Positions 1 through 8,950 of a DNA stretch of 61,274 nt are shown here, one piece after another (within the stretch, counting starts at the first letter, position 1; the number at the start of each line of letters is the position of its first letter). Origin of the DNA: a virus. Taxonomy: Duplodnaviria > Caudoviricetes. Made by a program: the position numbers and the translations under genes. The stretch spans positions 1 to 61,274 of IMG/VR virus record IMGVR_UViG_3300025769_000007. The stretch is one strand, 5' to 3'. Below the pieces are notes generated by a model. The model had not been told where the DNA came from. It saw only the letters and a program-made list of their open reading frames with translations, and did no database searches.

Positions 1-127
1 AGAGATTATCAACTATATTGATGACAATGGTACAACAGATGAGCATTGGCGACTACTCCACGCTATCAAACAAATGGAAAAACTAAACAATACAGACAAC
101 CTATTAAACGACTAAGACTAAAAAAAA
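1..127. repeat. Terminal direct repeat, copy 1 (identical to 61148..61274); circular assembly overlap
   Basis: AGAGATTATCAAC...GACTAAAAAAAA occurs at both ends; 127 nt matches a common assembler k-mer size; ORF 61041..61262 runs through the repeat. Confidence 0.95.
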
Positions 128-130
128 ATT

Positions 131-295
131 ATGAGACAAGTTAATGAAATTGAATTTGGGAAAAAATACCCACAACTTTACAAGTCAGTAAAACACCTAA
201 GACAAGGTGGTGTTATAATTATTCGTAACGTCAAGTTATTTAAATCAAGGTGCGATAGTTTAGCACATAGAGACATTCATATTAATATTATATAA
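131..295 (+). CDS. Small early hypothetical protein (54 aa, not in ORF track)
   Basis: MRQVNEIEFGKKYPQ...NII*, A-rich leader, packed among early ORFs. Confidence 0.55.
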   Translation: MRQVNEIEFGKKYPQLYKSVKHLRQGGVIIIRNVKLFKSRCDSLAHRDIHINII

Positions 296-308
296 AACGA
301 CTAATACT

Positions 309-677
309 ATGGACTATCAAAAAGAAGCACACAATTCGCTTGTTAAATTGTATAAAGAGAAAGTAAAAGAATGTGATAGACTTGAAGAAAAGGTCAGACA
401 ACTTCGACACAATCTTAAATGTACTGAAGAAGAATTTGAAGTTTACAAAGCACTTGCAACTGATGGTGCTATATATGTAAACACCTACTCACAAGATTGT
501 GATGGTGTTCGTTCTTATAGTACAGACAAGTTTGATTCTGCTGAAGATTATTTTAATGCCTATGAATCATTTTGTAAATCTGTTGAAGGCTCTTGCTCTT
601 GGGAAATTGTATCAAAAGAAGATGCAAGACCACAAGAAGAATGTGGTACTTACGGACAAGGATGGGGAATAAAATAA
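309..677 (+). CDS. Early hypothetical protein
   Basis: 122-aa ORF with ACTATG start context and N-terminal coiled coil. Confidence 0.75.
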   Translation: MDYQKEAHNSLVKLYKEKVKECDRLEEKVRQLRHNLKCTEEEFEVYKALATDGAIYVNTYSQDCDGVRSYSTDKFDSAEDYFNAYESFCKSVEGSCSWEIVSKEDARPQEECGTYGQGWGIK

Positions 678-690
678 AAAAACTAAAACT

Positions 691-942
691 ATGAAAGCAA
701 AACAAATGCATAAATACCTTATGGATAATTATGGTAAGGTAGTACACGACATGGACAATATGGAATACGCTTGTTCAGAACTTGCAAACCTACACGATAT
801 AAATGCAGAGGACATCTTCTTCTTTATGGTAGAGAATAGACCTATACCAAGTATGTATACACATAGCTATGGGTTTAACACAAGAGAGGGTAGAGCCTTG
901 AAACAACAATTTGAAGCATACTATTACGAAGTTATCCAATAG
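691..942 (+). CDS. Early hypothetical protein
   Basis: 83-aa ORF with AAACTAAAACTATG leader. Confidence 0.75.
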   Translation: MKAKQMHKYLMDNYGKVVHDMDNMEYACSELANLHDINAEDIFFFMVENRPIPSMYTHSYGFNTREGRALKQQFEAYYYEVIQ

Positions 943-1173
943 AATATAGTATGGGCTTATACACAAACGTAACGAGTGGGGTTATCCCTTTAGTTTTGGT
1001 AGACATTCCTCCCGATACCCGATGTGGTCTCACTTAGGTCGGACATTGCTACCAAAAGAGTGTGATATTTCACAAATTTGAAAAGTTATATCTTATCTGC
1101 CACCCTTACTTTAGGGAAACGAAGTTACAAGAAATATTTTAAAAAGTCAAGGAATTTAAAAAAATTAACAATT

Positions 1174-1494
1174 ATGAATAGAACAAAAGCATTAAAGATA
1201 TTAAAGACTTATGGCAGACCGACCTTTAATATTGGCAACACTAAATTTCAGTTTTCAAGACAAAGTGAGCCTCAACTAAAAGAGATAGAGAATAAAACAG
1301 ATGATGAACTTATAACTGAATGGAAAAGTTTAGTTTGGATGAATGAGATTTATGGTCAAGTATCTCTTAACGATATGCAAAGAATATCTTTGATAGAGTT
1401 AGAGTTTGATGATAGAAAAGATATAAAAGATGAAGATTTAAATTCTTGGTACGATAAAGAATTAAAGAACTTTAATATAGATGATGTAAAATAA
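1174..1494 (+). CDS. Early hypothetical protein (probable start MNRTKAL rather than TTG at 1078)
   Basis: ATG at 1174 follows an A-rich leader. Confidence 0.65.
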   Translation: MNRTKALKILKTYGRPTFNIGNTKFQFSRQSEPQLKEIENKTDDELITEWKSLVWMNEIYGQVSLNDMQRISLIELEFDDRKDIKDEDLNSWYDKELKNFNIDDVK

Positions 1495-1495
1495 A

Positions 1496-1527
1496 TTTGT
1501 ATATGTAAAATATATTTACTAATATTG
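1496..1527 (+). promoter_or_regulatory. Bacteroidota-type promoter with overlapping GTAAA-N5-TTTAC inverted repeat
   Basis: TTTG at 1496, TAATATTG at 1520-1527 (variant of TAnnTTTG), GTAAAATATATTTAC at 1505-1519. Confidence 0.55.
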
Positions 1528-1548
1528 CCTAACCAAAAACTAAAAACT

Positions 1549-1761
1549 ATGAATACACAAACAACTTTGCAAGAGGGTAAAGACTACGAGGTAGTAGTGG
1601 ATGCCTACGTTACCAACGAAGATCTAGAAGTCAATAGTATTATGTTTCATTGTAGAAAGACAATGACTGCAGTGGATATTACAGACTTTCTATACGACTA
1701 CCTAAGTGTAGATTGTATCAACGATTTAGACCAAAGAATTATTAACAACGCAAAAGACTAA
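1549..1761 (+). CDS. Early hypothetical protein
   Basis: ATG after AACCAAAAACTAAAAACT leader. Confidence 0.7.
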   Translation: MNTQTTLQEGKDYEVVVDAYVTNEDLEVNSIMFHCRKTMTAVDITDFLYDYLSVDCINDLDQRIINNAKD

Positions 1762-1765
1762 AGAC

Positions 1766-1993
1766 ATGAAGATAAGAGAACTTATAAAACAATTACAAGA
1801 GGTAGAAGACCAAGACAGAGAAGTATCTATTGTAATAGGAAACGAGGACAACAACTCAATGGTATTTGATGAGTTTGAATTACACAATACAGATAATGAT
1901 GAAACAAGTGTAGAGGTATTCTGCTTTGACAATTATATGTTTGAACAAGATTACTGCTACTCAATAAGAGATATTAACAACACAAAAGACTAA
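1766..1993 (+). CDS. Early hypothetical acidic protein
   Basis: MKIRELIKQLQE N-terminus typical of small phage proteins. Confidence 0.75.
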   Translation: MKIRELIKQLQEVEDQDREVSIVIGNEDNNSMVFDEFELHNTDNDETSVEVFCFDNYMFEQDYCYSIRDINNTKD

Positions 1994-1997
1994 CACT

Positions 1998-2162
1998 ATG
2001 GGAAAAACTAAAGAATTATTTATGGAAATGGCTCAAGGATTTATGGATGGTATAAATATAGAGAGAGAGCTAAGAGGTAGAATGGCTGATGAAGAATATC
2101 AGTACACTATATATAAAAAGAATCGTAACAAAAAAACTAAAAGCAATGGAAGAAAACAATAA
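1998..2162 (+). CDS. Small early hypothetical protein (54 aa, not in ORF track)
   Basis: MGKTKELFMEM...GRKQ* with ACTATG start. Confidence 0.6.
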   Translation: MGKTKELFMEMAQGFMDGINIERELRGRMADEEYQYTIYKKNRNKKTKSNGRKQ

Positions 2163-2249
2163 ACTTATAGCAGAATAGCAGTACCTAACATACAACAAGT
2201 ATATTATTTAGTAGTAGAATTTATTAAGGAATATAACCAAAACAACTAG
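2146..2249 (+). pseudogene. Internally deleted remnant of a small phage gene
   Basis: MEENNKLIAE* followed in another frame by AVPNIQQVYYLVVEFIKEYNQNN*; these resemble the two ends of a phage family recalled as NKLIAEFM...VVEFIK.YN. Confidence 0.55.
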
Positions 2250-2254
2250 AAATT

Positions 2255-2536
2255 ATGAGAAAAGTAACAATAACAGAACGTAGAGTATATCATAAGGTGG
2301 CTAAGATAACAATCGAAATACCAAACGATATACCATTAGAAGAAACTGATGAGTGGCTATGGGGTAATGATGCTTGGGAACAAGCCTTAGATGATAAGTT
2401 TGAAACTGCTGAACTTGAATATGGTACAGGGCTTAGAGAAGTACCTCACATGAATGAACCCGAATCAGATAGAGAAATAAGATATGATGTTATTAATGAA
2501 AAATCATTTTTCGAAAAATGGGGGGGACACTTATAA
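2255..2536 (+). CDS. Early hypothetical protein
   Basis: 93-aa ORF ending GGHL. Confidence 0.75.
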   Translation: MRKVTITERRVYHKVAKITIEIPNDIPLEETDEWLWGNDAWEQALDDKFETAELEYGTGLREVPHMNEPESDREIRYDVINEKSFFEKWGGHL

Positions 2537-2784
2537 TGGCTAAGATATATATAGACAATTCAAGGTACATGGAATTTATAGATGATGTAGCAACTATAAT
2601 AACTGAGCTTCAGTTTAGAGATGATGCTTATAAGGAAATTAAAGATGGTTTATCAGATGATACTTGTATTGTATTCACAGATGAAGCACAAGACTTGTAC
2701 AACGATACTTATGACTTAATAGAAGGCTTGTTAAATAGAAACCTAAACATACATAGTAATAACGAACTAATAAACGATAATTAA
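2536..2784 (+). CDS. Early hypothetical acidic protein
   Basis: TAATG coupling with the upstream ORF (MAKIYID...). Confidence 0.7.
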   Translation: MAKIYIDNSRYMEFIDDVATIITELQFRDDAYKEIKDGLSDDTCIVFTDEAQDLYNDTYDLIEGLLNRNLNIHSNNELINDN

Positions 2785-2785
2785 T

Positions 2786-2977
2786 ATGGCACTATACGAA
2801 TTAGAAATAAAATGGTGGGATGACCTTTGTGTTGAAACAAAGATTGTATCTACAAGTCCATCATCCGTAGATGATAATACTATCTTCTACACATTTGAAA
2901 ATGAGGATGAGATAGAATCATTTACCCTTGAAGATCCGATAAGAGAGTTTCAAGTATTGTCTTACACAAAATTATAG
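2786..2977 (+). CDS. Early hypothetical protein
   Basis: 63-aa tightly packed ORF. Confidence 0.65.
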   Translation: MALYELEIKWWDDLCVETKIVSTSPSSVDDNTIFYTFENEDEIESFTLEDPIREFQVLSYTKL

Positions 2978-2980
2978 ACT

Positions 2981-3253
2981 ATGGAAAGTAGAAAGGAATT
3001 TATAAGTAGAATGATTTGGATGTTAGCAGAGGTAGATGAGTCTGAGTTTAAAACTCTAAACTCTTTATCTCTGCTAGAGTTTCACTTAAAACAGAGAGAA
3101 TTAGACTTACTAAAGCAGACTAAAGAACTCCTCGTAAACTCTATGGAGTATAGGGCTAACAAGAGGCTTAGGTCTGGTATAGAAATAAGTTTAGGTAGGC
3201 TGATTATCCACACCCACGAAGAATTTAACGATATAATAAAAAAACTAAAATGA
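2981..3253 (+). CDS. Early hypothetical protein
   Basis: 90-aa ORF with ATGA overlap to the next gene. Confidence 0.7.
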   Translation: MESRKEFISRMIWMLAEVDESEFKTLNSLSLLEFHLKQRELDLLKQTKELLVNSMEYRANKRLRSGIEISLGRLIIHTHEEFNDIIKKLK

Positions 3254-3471
3254 TAGTGGACTTCAATAAACACACATGGGTACATCAAGGAAATATAAAC
3301 AAAGTAAAAAAACTAATTATGGATGTAGAAGAATTTCAAAGAATAAGGATAGAGGCTATGGAAAAGAAAATTAAAGACCTAGAGTTAACCATAGACCTAG
3401 ATAGGGAAATGTACAGAAGTATTATAACAAATTTAGAGGTAGAACTAGATAAATTTAAAGAAGATGAATAG
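3250..3471 (+). CDS. Hypothetical coiled-coil protein
   Basis: 73-aa ORF with overlapping stop/start. Confidence 0.65.
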   Translation: MIVDFNKHTWVHQGNINKVKKLIMDVEEFQRIRIEAMEKKIKDLELTIDLDREMYRSIITNLEVELDKFKEDE

Positions 3472-3802
3472 TCAAGTAAGAACAATTGATGTAGACCAAG
3501 TATGGATGAGGGGAGAGAAAGATCCTTGTGCTAAGTATGTTTTATACGCTAAAGTACAGAGGAAGTATATCAACCCTATAATTAATGATATAGATAGTAT
3601 ACAATCTATTTTAAAAGGTGAAAAGCTCTTTAAGTTAGATAGGGCAAGTAATAAAAATAAAATATATAACATAGTAGATGCAGTAGATAGATCTTTTAAC
3701 AATGATGATCTTGAAGAATTACTAGAAAAAGAGTTATCTTTAATAGAATTTATCTACAAAGTCTATGCAATACGAAAAAGAAATGCTGGAGAACTTGCTT
3801 AA
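3464..3802 (+). CDS. Hypothetical protein
   Basis: 112-aa ORF in operon. Confidence 0.7.
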   Translation: MNSQVRTIDVDQVWMRGEKDPCAKYVLYAKVQRKYINPIINDIDSIQSILKGEKLFKLDRASNKNKIYNIVDAVDRSFNNDDLEELLEKELSLIEFIYKVYAIRKRNAGELA

Positions 3803-4127
3803 AGATTCGGGAATTGAACACAGATTAGATAACCGAATAAGACCTAATAAGCACCCAAACATGAAACGATTAGAGGTTGCTTTAAAAGAGCATGGAGTCA
3901 ATTATATGTACTTCCATCAGACAGATAGCCTAGCAGTAACACAGGTAGATATAGGTAAACATAACGCTTTGTGTCATACACTTATGATGCCATCAGAGGA
4001 TGGTATAAGTGTTTTAATGGTAGTAAACAACGATATTGATTTAGAGTTAGTTATGGAAGGTATAAGCCAAAGCCTAGACAGAATCATACCTAAAGATATA
4101 TCGTATAATATTTTAGGAATAATATAG
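3765..4127 (+). CDS. Hypothetical protein
   Basis: 120-aa ORF in operon. Confidence 0.7.
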   Translation: MQYEKEMLENLLKDSGIEHRLDNRIRPNKHPNMKRLEVALKEHGVNYMYFHQTDSLAVTQVDIGKHNALCHTLMMPSEDGISVLMVVNNDIDLELVMEGISQSLDRIIPKDISYNILGII

Positions 4128-4133
4128 TAATAT

Positions 4134-4155
4134 GTAAAATAATTTACTATATTTG
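4134..4155 (+). promoter_or_regulatory. Promoter of the recombination/replication operon with GTAAA-N4-TTTAC operator-like repeat
   Basis: GTAAAATAATTTAC at 4134-4147 abuts the consensus -7 box TATATTTG at 4148-4155. Confidence 0.7.
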
Positions 4156-4190
4156 CATCAGAAGTTAATTAAATTTAAAAACCAAAAACT

Positions 4191-4760
4191 ATGGAAAAGT
4201 CAGAAACAATTGGCAAGTTAACCCTTGCCTTATCAAAAGTGCAGTCTCAATTAAGACCTGCTAAAGAAAACTCAAAAAACCCTTTCTTCAAGTCAAGCTA
4301 TGCCGATCTTGGATCAGTATGGGATTCTGTTCGTAAACTACTAGCAGATAATGAGTTAGCTATTATCCAAATGCCTACAGATGTAGGTGGTGTAACAACA
4401 ATCTTATCGCATTCTAGTGGAGAGTTTATATCTTCTACTATGTATATACCATCAAAGGAAGATGCTCATGGCGTAGGCTCTGCTATATCTTACGCTAGAA
4501 GATACGCACTTGCGTCTTTTGTAGGGGTGGTTACAGGTGATGATGATGGTAATGGTGCAGTTAAAGGGACACCTACTACTACATCTAAGAAATCTACATC
4601 TAAGCCTAAGCTAACTGATTCTCAGTACAAGGGTATGATGAAGGCTATCGAGGATGGTAAGGGTAGCGTTGTTGAGCAAAAGATGGGTGGTTATACCATG
4701 ACTAAGAATCAACAAGACAACCTTAACAAAGTCCTTAAAATATCTAAGACCTTAGTGTAA
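4191..4760 (+). CDS. erf: Erf-family single-strand annealing protein
   Basis: KNPFFKSSYADL, LSHSSGEFISS and GSAISYARRYAL...DDDGN motifs of ERF superfamily. Confidence 0.92.
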   Translation: MEKSETIGKLTLALSKVQSQLRPAKENSKNPFFKSSYADLGSVWDSVRKLLADNELAIIQMPTDVGGVTTILSHSSGEFISSTMYIPSKEDAHGVGSAISYARRYALASFVGVVTGDDDGNGAVKGTPTTTSKKSTSKPKLTDSQYKGMMKAIEDGKGSVVEQKMGGYTMTKNQQDNLNKVLKISKTLV

Positions 4761-5527
4761 TGAGTTTAGATAACTTTATAAAGAAGTTAGTCGATGACTC
4801 TTTTTATTACTCTGACTACGAGTTTGTAACGAACTCGCAGTTAGGGTTAATAAAGAAAGATGTCAGGACTTACAAGATGATGAGGGATAATCCCGAACTC
4901 AACAAGGAAACTATGCCTATGATCTTTGGTAGAGCATATCATGTTGCCATGTTAGAGCCTAACGAGTTTAACGACAAGGTCTTAGTATTTAATTCAGCTA
5001 CAAGGACTACTAAAGGATACAAAGAGTTTAAGGCTGATAATCCTAACGCACCTACTATAATCTTACAGAAGGAGTACGATAAGATTATGTACATGCAAGA
5101 CGTATTGTTCTCTCATAACGAGGTTAAAGACTTACTCCAAAAGGAAGGAGAGAGAGAGATAGCTAACGCTTGGAAAGATGAGGATACTAACGTGTTCTGT
5201 AAAGGTAAAGCAGATTACCGTAATGGTAAGACTTTAATAGATCTTAAAACTACTGGTGATGGTAGCCACTGGGGTTTCTCAAACTCTTGTAAGAAGTACG
5301 GTTATGATAGGCAGTCAGCCTTCTATATGGATGGTTTTGGTTGTGATGAGTTTGTATTTATAACTCAGGAGAAGGAGAGACCTTATAACGTATCTATATT
5401 TTATGCTGGTGACGAGTTCATAGAGAGGGGTAGGCAAGAGTATAAGTACCTACTAGATGTTTATAGAAGATTCTTTATAGACAACGAGGAGGTTGTAGAT
5501 GACCACTTAATAATGGAGACACTATGA
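4760..5527 (+). CDS. PD-(D/E)XK exonuclease, RecE/ExoVIII-like (DUF3799-like)
   Basis: FGRAYHVAMLEP, CKGKADY, IDLKTT, YGYDRQSAFY; coupled to erf. Confidence 0.88.
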   Translation: MSLDNFIKKLVDDSFYYSDYEFVTNSQLGLIKKDVRTYKMMRDNPELNKETMPMIFGRAYHVAMLEPNEFNDKVLVFNSATRTTKGYKEFKADNPNAPTIILQKEYDKIMYMQDVLFSHNEVKDLLQKEGEREIANAWKDEDTNVFCKGKADYRNGKTLIDLKTTGDGSHWGFSNSCKKYGYDRQSAFYMDGFGCDEFVFITQEKERPYNVSIFYAGDEFIERGRQEYKYLLDVYRRFFIDNEEVVDDHLIMETL

Positions 5528-5733
5528 CATTAAAAGAAAAATTAAAAGAAAGTAAAATATACAAGCCTTGGCTTGCAGAAAGATTAGGGTTAAGTCGTCC
5601 TACCCTAGACAAATACTTAGACAAACCTGACGAGTTTAAAGTTAAGCATCTCAGAAGAATTGCTAAGTATATAGAAACAACAGAAAGGAAGGCATTAGTT
5701 AATTATTTTATAAAAGCTGAAAGCTATGAGTAA
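5524..5733 (+). CDS. Helix-turn-helix DNA-binding protein
   Basis: WLAERLGLSRPTLDKYL HTH pattern. Confidence 0.8.
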   Translation: MTLKEKLKESKIYKPWLAERLGLSRPTLDKYLDKPDEFKVKHLRRIAKYIETTERKALVNYFIKAESYE

Positions 5734-5998
5734 CAAAACAACAGAAAAAATCTACGTAGGAAACGGAGTAGAAAAATTTGACGGAGACTTAGTTCAATTC
5801 TCTTTGAACTTGACTAAGTTAAAACAAGAAGCTGGAGATTACATCTTCGATGGTAAAACAGGTGATAAATTTATAACCTTAAAGGTTGTAAAGAAACGTA
5901 ACGGTGCTGATGATTATGGTAAGACTCATTACGTTGAGGTAGACACTTGGAAACCTGAAGTTAAGAAAGAAAAAGTAGCTGACGATTTACCATTTTAA
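5726..5998 (+). CDS. Putative single-stranded DNA-binding protein
   Basis: Acidic tail DDLPF, DDYGKTHYVEVDTWKP motif, position in recombination operon. Confidence 0.7.
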   Translation: MSNKTTEKIYVGNGVEKFDGDLVQFSLNLTKLKQEAGDYIFDGKTGDKFITLKVVKKRNGADDYGKTHYVEVDTWKPEVKKEKVADDLPF

Positions 5999-6002
5999 TA
6001 TT

Positions 6003-6028
6003 GGAGGGGAGAAATCCCCTCCCTTTTT
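6003..6028 (+). terminator. Intrinsic terminator
   Basis: GGAGGGGA-GAAA-TCCCCTCC followed by CTTTTT. Confidence 0.85.
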
Positions 6029-6056
6029 AATCTTATTAAAAATTTAAATTGTAGTT

Positions 6057-6539
6057 ATGAAAAAGTACGTTTTTTATGTTTTTTATTTTGGATTATTGGT
6101 TAATCAAAAATCGTATTCACAAACAGATTCTGATAAAGTTTTAAAAGACCTGTCTAAAGATTACATTAACTACCTTGAGTCTGAAGGCTTTCGCCCAAAG
6201 ATTGATGATGTAGGTGATGTAAGCTTTAAGTTTGAGGGGTCAACGTTTTGGGTCATGCCTTACTACTCTGATTTTTTTTCTTTGAGTAGATTTTTATCTC
6301 TTGATGAAAATCAAAAGTGCACAAAAGGTCTTATGAATATGATTAATGATTTTAATTTCGATAGAGTTAGCGATGCAGCTCGTGTTTACGATAATTGTAA
6401 AACAATTGAAATAAGATCTACAAGCCACTTGCCAAATAAAAATGATTGGAAGTATATTTTTGAACCCTCTGTGATTTGGTTGAACAACTCTTCAATTGAT
6501 TTCTCAGAAAAGTATAGGGAGTTCTTAGATAAAAACTAA
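6057..6539 (+). CDS. Exported YbjN-like domain protein (moron-like)
   Basis: Signal-like N-terminus ending SYS|Q; YLESEGFRPKIDDVGDVSFKFEG resembles the YbjN family. Confidence 0.55.
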   Translation: MKKYVFYVFYFGLLVNQKSYSQTDSDKVLKDLSKDYINYLESEGFRPKIDDVGDVSFKFEGSTFWVMPYYSDFFSLSRFLSLDENQKCTKGLMNMINDFNFDRVSDAARVYDNCKTIEIRSTSHLPNKNDWKYIFEPSVIWLNNSSIDFSEKYREFLDKN

Positions 6540-6585
6540 CTTAAAAAACAACCAAAAAACAACCAAAAAACTAACTAAAAAAACT

Positions 6586-7080
6586 ATGAAGTACAGAGTA
6601 TCAGACACAGACATTATCAGTATAGATAAGGTAGAGTTTATTGAGGTCGATGGTCGTTATATTAATTTTCATACTTCAACAAATACACACCAATCTATTT
6701 ATAATAACGATATGGAGTCAAATTGTGTTTTCAATAATATTGTTAACCATTTTGCTACTATAGATCTTAGGTTTAGTGATACTAAAAAAGTTGAGACTGA
6801 ATCTGAAAGAAAAGAAAAGGCATTTAATATGTTTTGGAATCTATACGACAAAAAGGTAGACAGACCTAACGCTAGAACAACATTTATGAACTTAACACTT
6901 ACCGAAATGGGTGAAGCCATAAAGGGAGTTAAGGATTATGTTGATTCAACGCCAGATAAAAAATATAGAAAAAATCCTAGAACTTGGTTAAATGCCAAGG
7001 GATGGGAGAACGAAATACATATAGATAAAAAGAAAACTAACCGATACGTTAAACCTAAATATATTACAGATGAAAGATAA
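6586..7080 (+). CDS. Putative replication initiator / helicase-loader-associated protein
   Basis: FNMFWNLYDKKVDR...KNPRTWLNAKGWENE motif of phage initiator C-terminal domains; overlaps dnaB. Confidence 0.7.
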   Translation: MKYRVSDTDIISIDKVEFIEVDGRYINFHTSTNTHQSIYNNDMESNCVFNNIVNHFATIDLRFSDTKKVETESERKEKAFNMFWNLYDKKVDRPNARTTFMNLTLTEMGEAIKGVKDYVDSTPDKKYRKNPRTWLNAKGWENEIHIDKKKTNRYVKPKYITDER

Positions 7081-8392
7081 TATGGATATGGAGATGAGAC
7101 TTATCGGTAAGATTATGTCTAATCCAAGAGACTATTACGATTGTCATAGCCTTATATCTGAGGAAATATTTACCGATCCTTTAAATAGAAAGATATATAA
7201 AGTTGTATCAGAAAGATTAGATAAAGGAGATAAGGCTGACATGATTGTAATATCATCTTCTATTAAAGATCCTCTTGTGGACCTCAGGGTAGCTGAGTGT
7301 ATGAGTTCTGATCATTACGCCTACATAACAAAAAACATGGTCTTATACCTATCTCAAGAGGATAAAAAGATAAGGCTTAAGAAGTTGGCAGAGCTTACCA
7401 CAAAGAAAATTGACAATGGTGATGACTTATTTAACATCATAGACTTTGTGGATGCTGAGATGAAATCTATATCTGAGATTAGAGGTAGTGATATACCTGA
7501 TATTAAAAAGCAGTTAAAGGTTTTGCATGACGATATACAAAGAAGAATGGCATCTGATAACATGGTGGGTTTACCTACAGGTTTCCAATCAGTAGATAAG
7601 TTTACTGGTGGGTGGCAAGAGACAGACTTTATTGTAATTGGTGGTGCTTCATCTATGGGTAAGACATCACTGGGTTTAGCTTTTTGTTATAACTGTGCTA
7701 AGGCTGGTATACCTGCTGCCGTATTCTCTTACGAGATGGGGGACACTCAGCTTCTTCAGAGGTTGGTTTCCCTAGAGAGTGAGGTAAATAATAGGTACAT
7801 AATGAAGGGTGCACTAGAGAGTAGTGAACTAAGTAGAGTGGATACAGCTATAGGTAAACTTGAAGGTGTTAGTCTATTTATAGACGAGTGCAAAGACTCA
7901 TCTCTTAGGTATCTTCTTAATAAGGTTAGACAATACGTTATAACTAAAGAGGTTAAGTTTGTTCTTGTGGATTACCTACAACTTGTTAAGGGTACTGGTA
8001 CCTCTAGAGAGCAAGAGGTTGCTATGGTGGCTCGTGAGCTAAAAAATCTAGCTAAGGAGCTTAATATAACAATAGTGGCTCTCTCACAGCTTAGCAGAGG
8101 TGTAGAGAGAAGAGATGGCTGTAGACCTAGCCTGTCCGATCTTCGTGAGAGTGGTGAGATAGAGCAGGCATCTGATATTGTTATGCTTGTGTATAGACCT
8201 GAGTACTACGGCATCATGACCGATGATAGTGGAAAGTCTACCGAAGGTCTTGTAGATTTAATCTTTGCTAAAGGTAGGAACATAGGTACTGGAACTTTAC
8301 CTCTAAAGTTTAAGAAAGAGTACACTAAGTTTATAGACCCTCAAGATTATACTGAGAAGTATATATCATCTAGTCCTTCAGAATCTTTTTAA
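7070..8392 (+). CDS. dnaB: Replicative DNA helicase DnaB
   Basis: Walker A GASSMGKT, FSYEM, VDYLQL, ALSQLSR, SDLRESGEIEQASD. Confidence 0.97.
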   Translation: MKDNMDMEMRLIGKIMSNPRDYYDCHSLISEEIFTDPLNRKIYKVVSERLDKGDKADMIVISSSIKDPLVDLRVAECMSSDHYAYITKNMVLYLSQEDKKIRLKKLAELTTKKIDNGDDLFNIIDFVDAEMKSISEIRGSDIPDIKKQLKVLHDDIQRRMASDNMVGLPTGFQSVDKFTGGWQETDFIVIGGASSMGKTSLGLAFCYNCAKAGIPAAVFSYEMGDTQLLQRLVSLESEVNNRYIMKGALESSELSRVDTAIGKLEGVSLFIDECKDSSLRYLLNKVRQYVITKEVKFVLVDYLQLVKGTGTSREQEVAMVARELKNLAKELNITIVALSQLSRGVERRDGCRPSLSDLRESGEIEQASDIVMLVYRPEYYGIMTDDSGKSTEGLVDLIFAKGRNIGTGTLPLKFKKEYTKFIDPQDYTEKYISSSPSESF

Positions 8393-8394
8393 TT

Positions 8395-8487
8395 ATGGAG
8401 GTAGATTTTATTTTTATTATAGATTTTATAGTAGGGGTTATATTTATTATTTGGCTTATTGAAGAACTAATTAACTCGCTAAGATGA
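8395..8487 (+). CDS. Small hydrophobic peptide (30 aa, not in ORF track)
   Basis: MEVDFIFIIDFIVGVIFIIWLIEELINSLR*, ATGA overlap with next ORF. Confidence 0.45.
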   Translation: MEVDFIFIIDFIVGVIFIIWLIEELINSLR

Positions 8488-8747
8488 GAAAAGAGATATA
8501 TCACGCCACAGTTCATTACAGATGGAGAACTTTAAGATTTGTAAAAGGAGTCGAGAAGCCTGCTAAGAAGTGGAAAAAATCTACTCACAGGACATGTATT
8601 ACTGAGCTTGATCCTGAAAAACTACAGAATGTTAAGCATTTTACAAGAGGATTAGAGATAAAACACAAATCAACTAACGATATACAAATAAAGATAGATA
8701 AGGTAACTGACTATGAGTTTATATGTATGTCCCACGATGTTTATTAA
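8484..8747 (+). CDS. Hypothetical basic protein
   Basis: 87-aa ORF in operon. Confidence 0.7.
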   Translation: MRKEIYHATVHYRWRTLRFVKGVEKPAKKWKKSTHRTCITELDPEKLQNVKHFTRGLEIKHKSTNDIQIKIDKVTDYEFICMSHDVY

Positions 8748-8758
8748 AAGATATAGAT

Positions 8759-8950
8759 ATGAAATTATATTGTAAAAATTGTGAAAAAACAATTGAAGTT
8801 AGTAAATTTACAATGAAAGTCGTTGATAATAAGGTAATTAAACCTGAGTCAATCTGCGATTGTGGTGAACAAATGAAAGACGTTTCAGAGTACAAAGGAC
8901 TTGGTGGTATTATAAAAAGACCAGGTGGTAAAGTAGGAGGTAAGATATAA
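8759..8950 (+). CDS. Zinc-ribbon protein
   Basis: MKLYCKNC...ICDCGEQM. Confidence 0.65.
   Translation: MKLYCKNCEKTIEVSKFTMKVVDNKVIKPESICDCGEQMKDVSEYKGLGGIIKRPGGKVGGKI

Noticed and set aside
1-127. 127-nt end repeat as a biological terminal repeat
   Set aside because: Its length equals a standard assembler k-mer and it cuts through an ORF, so it indicates circular assembly rather than physical ends
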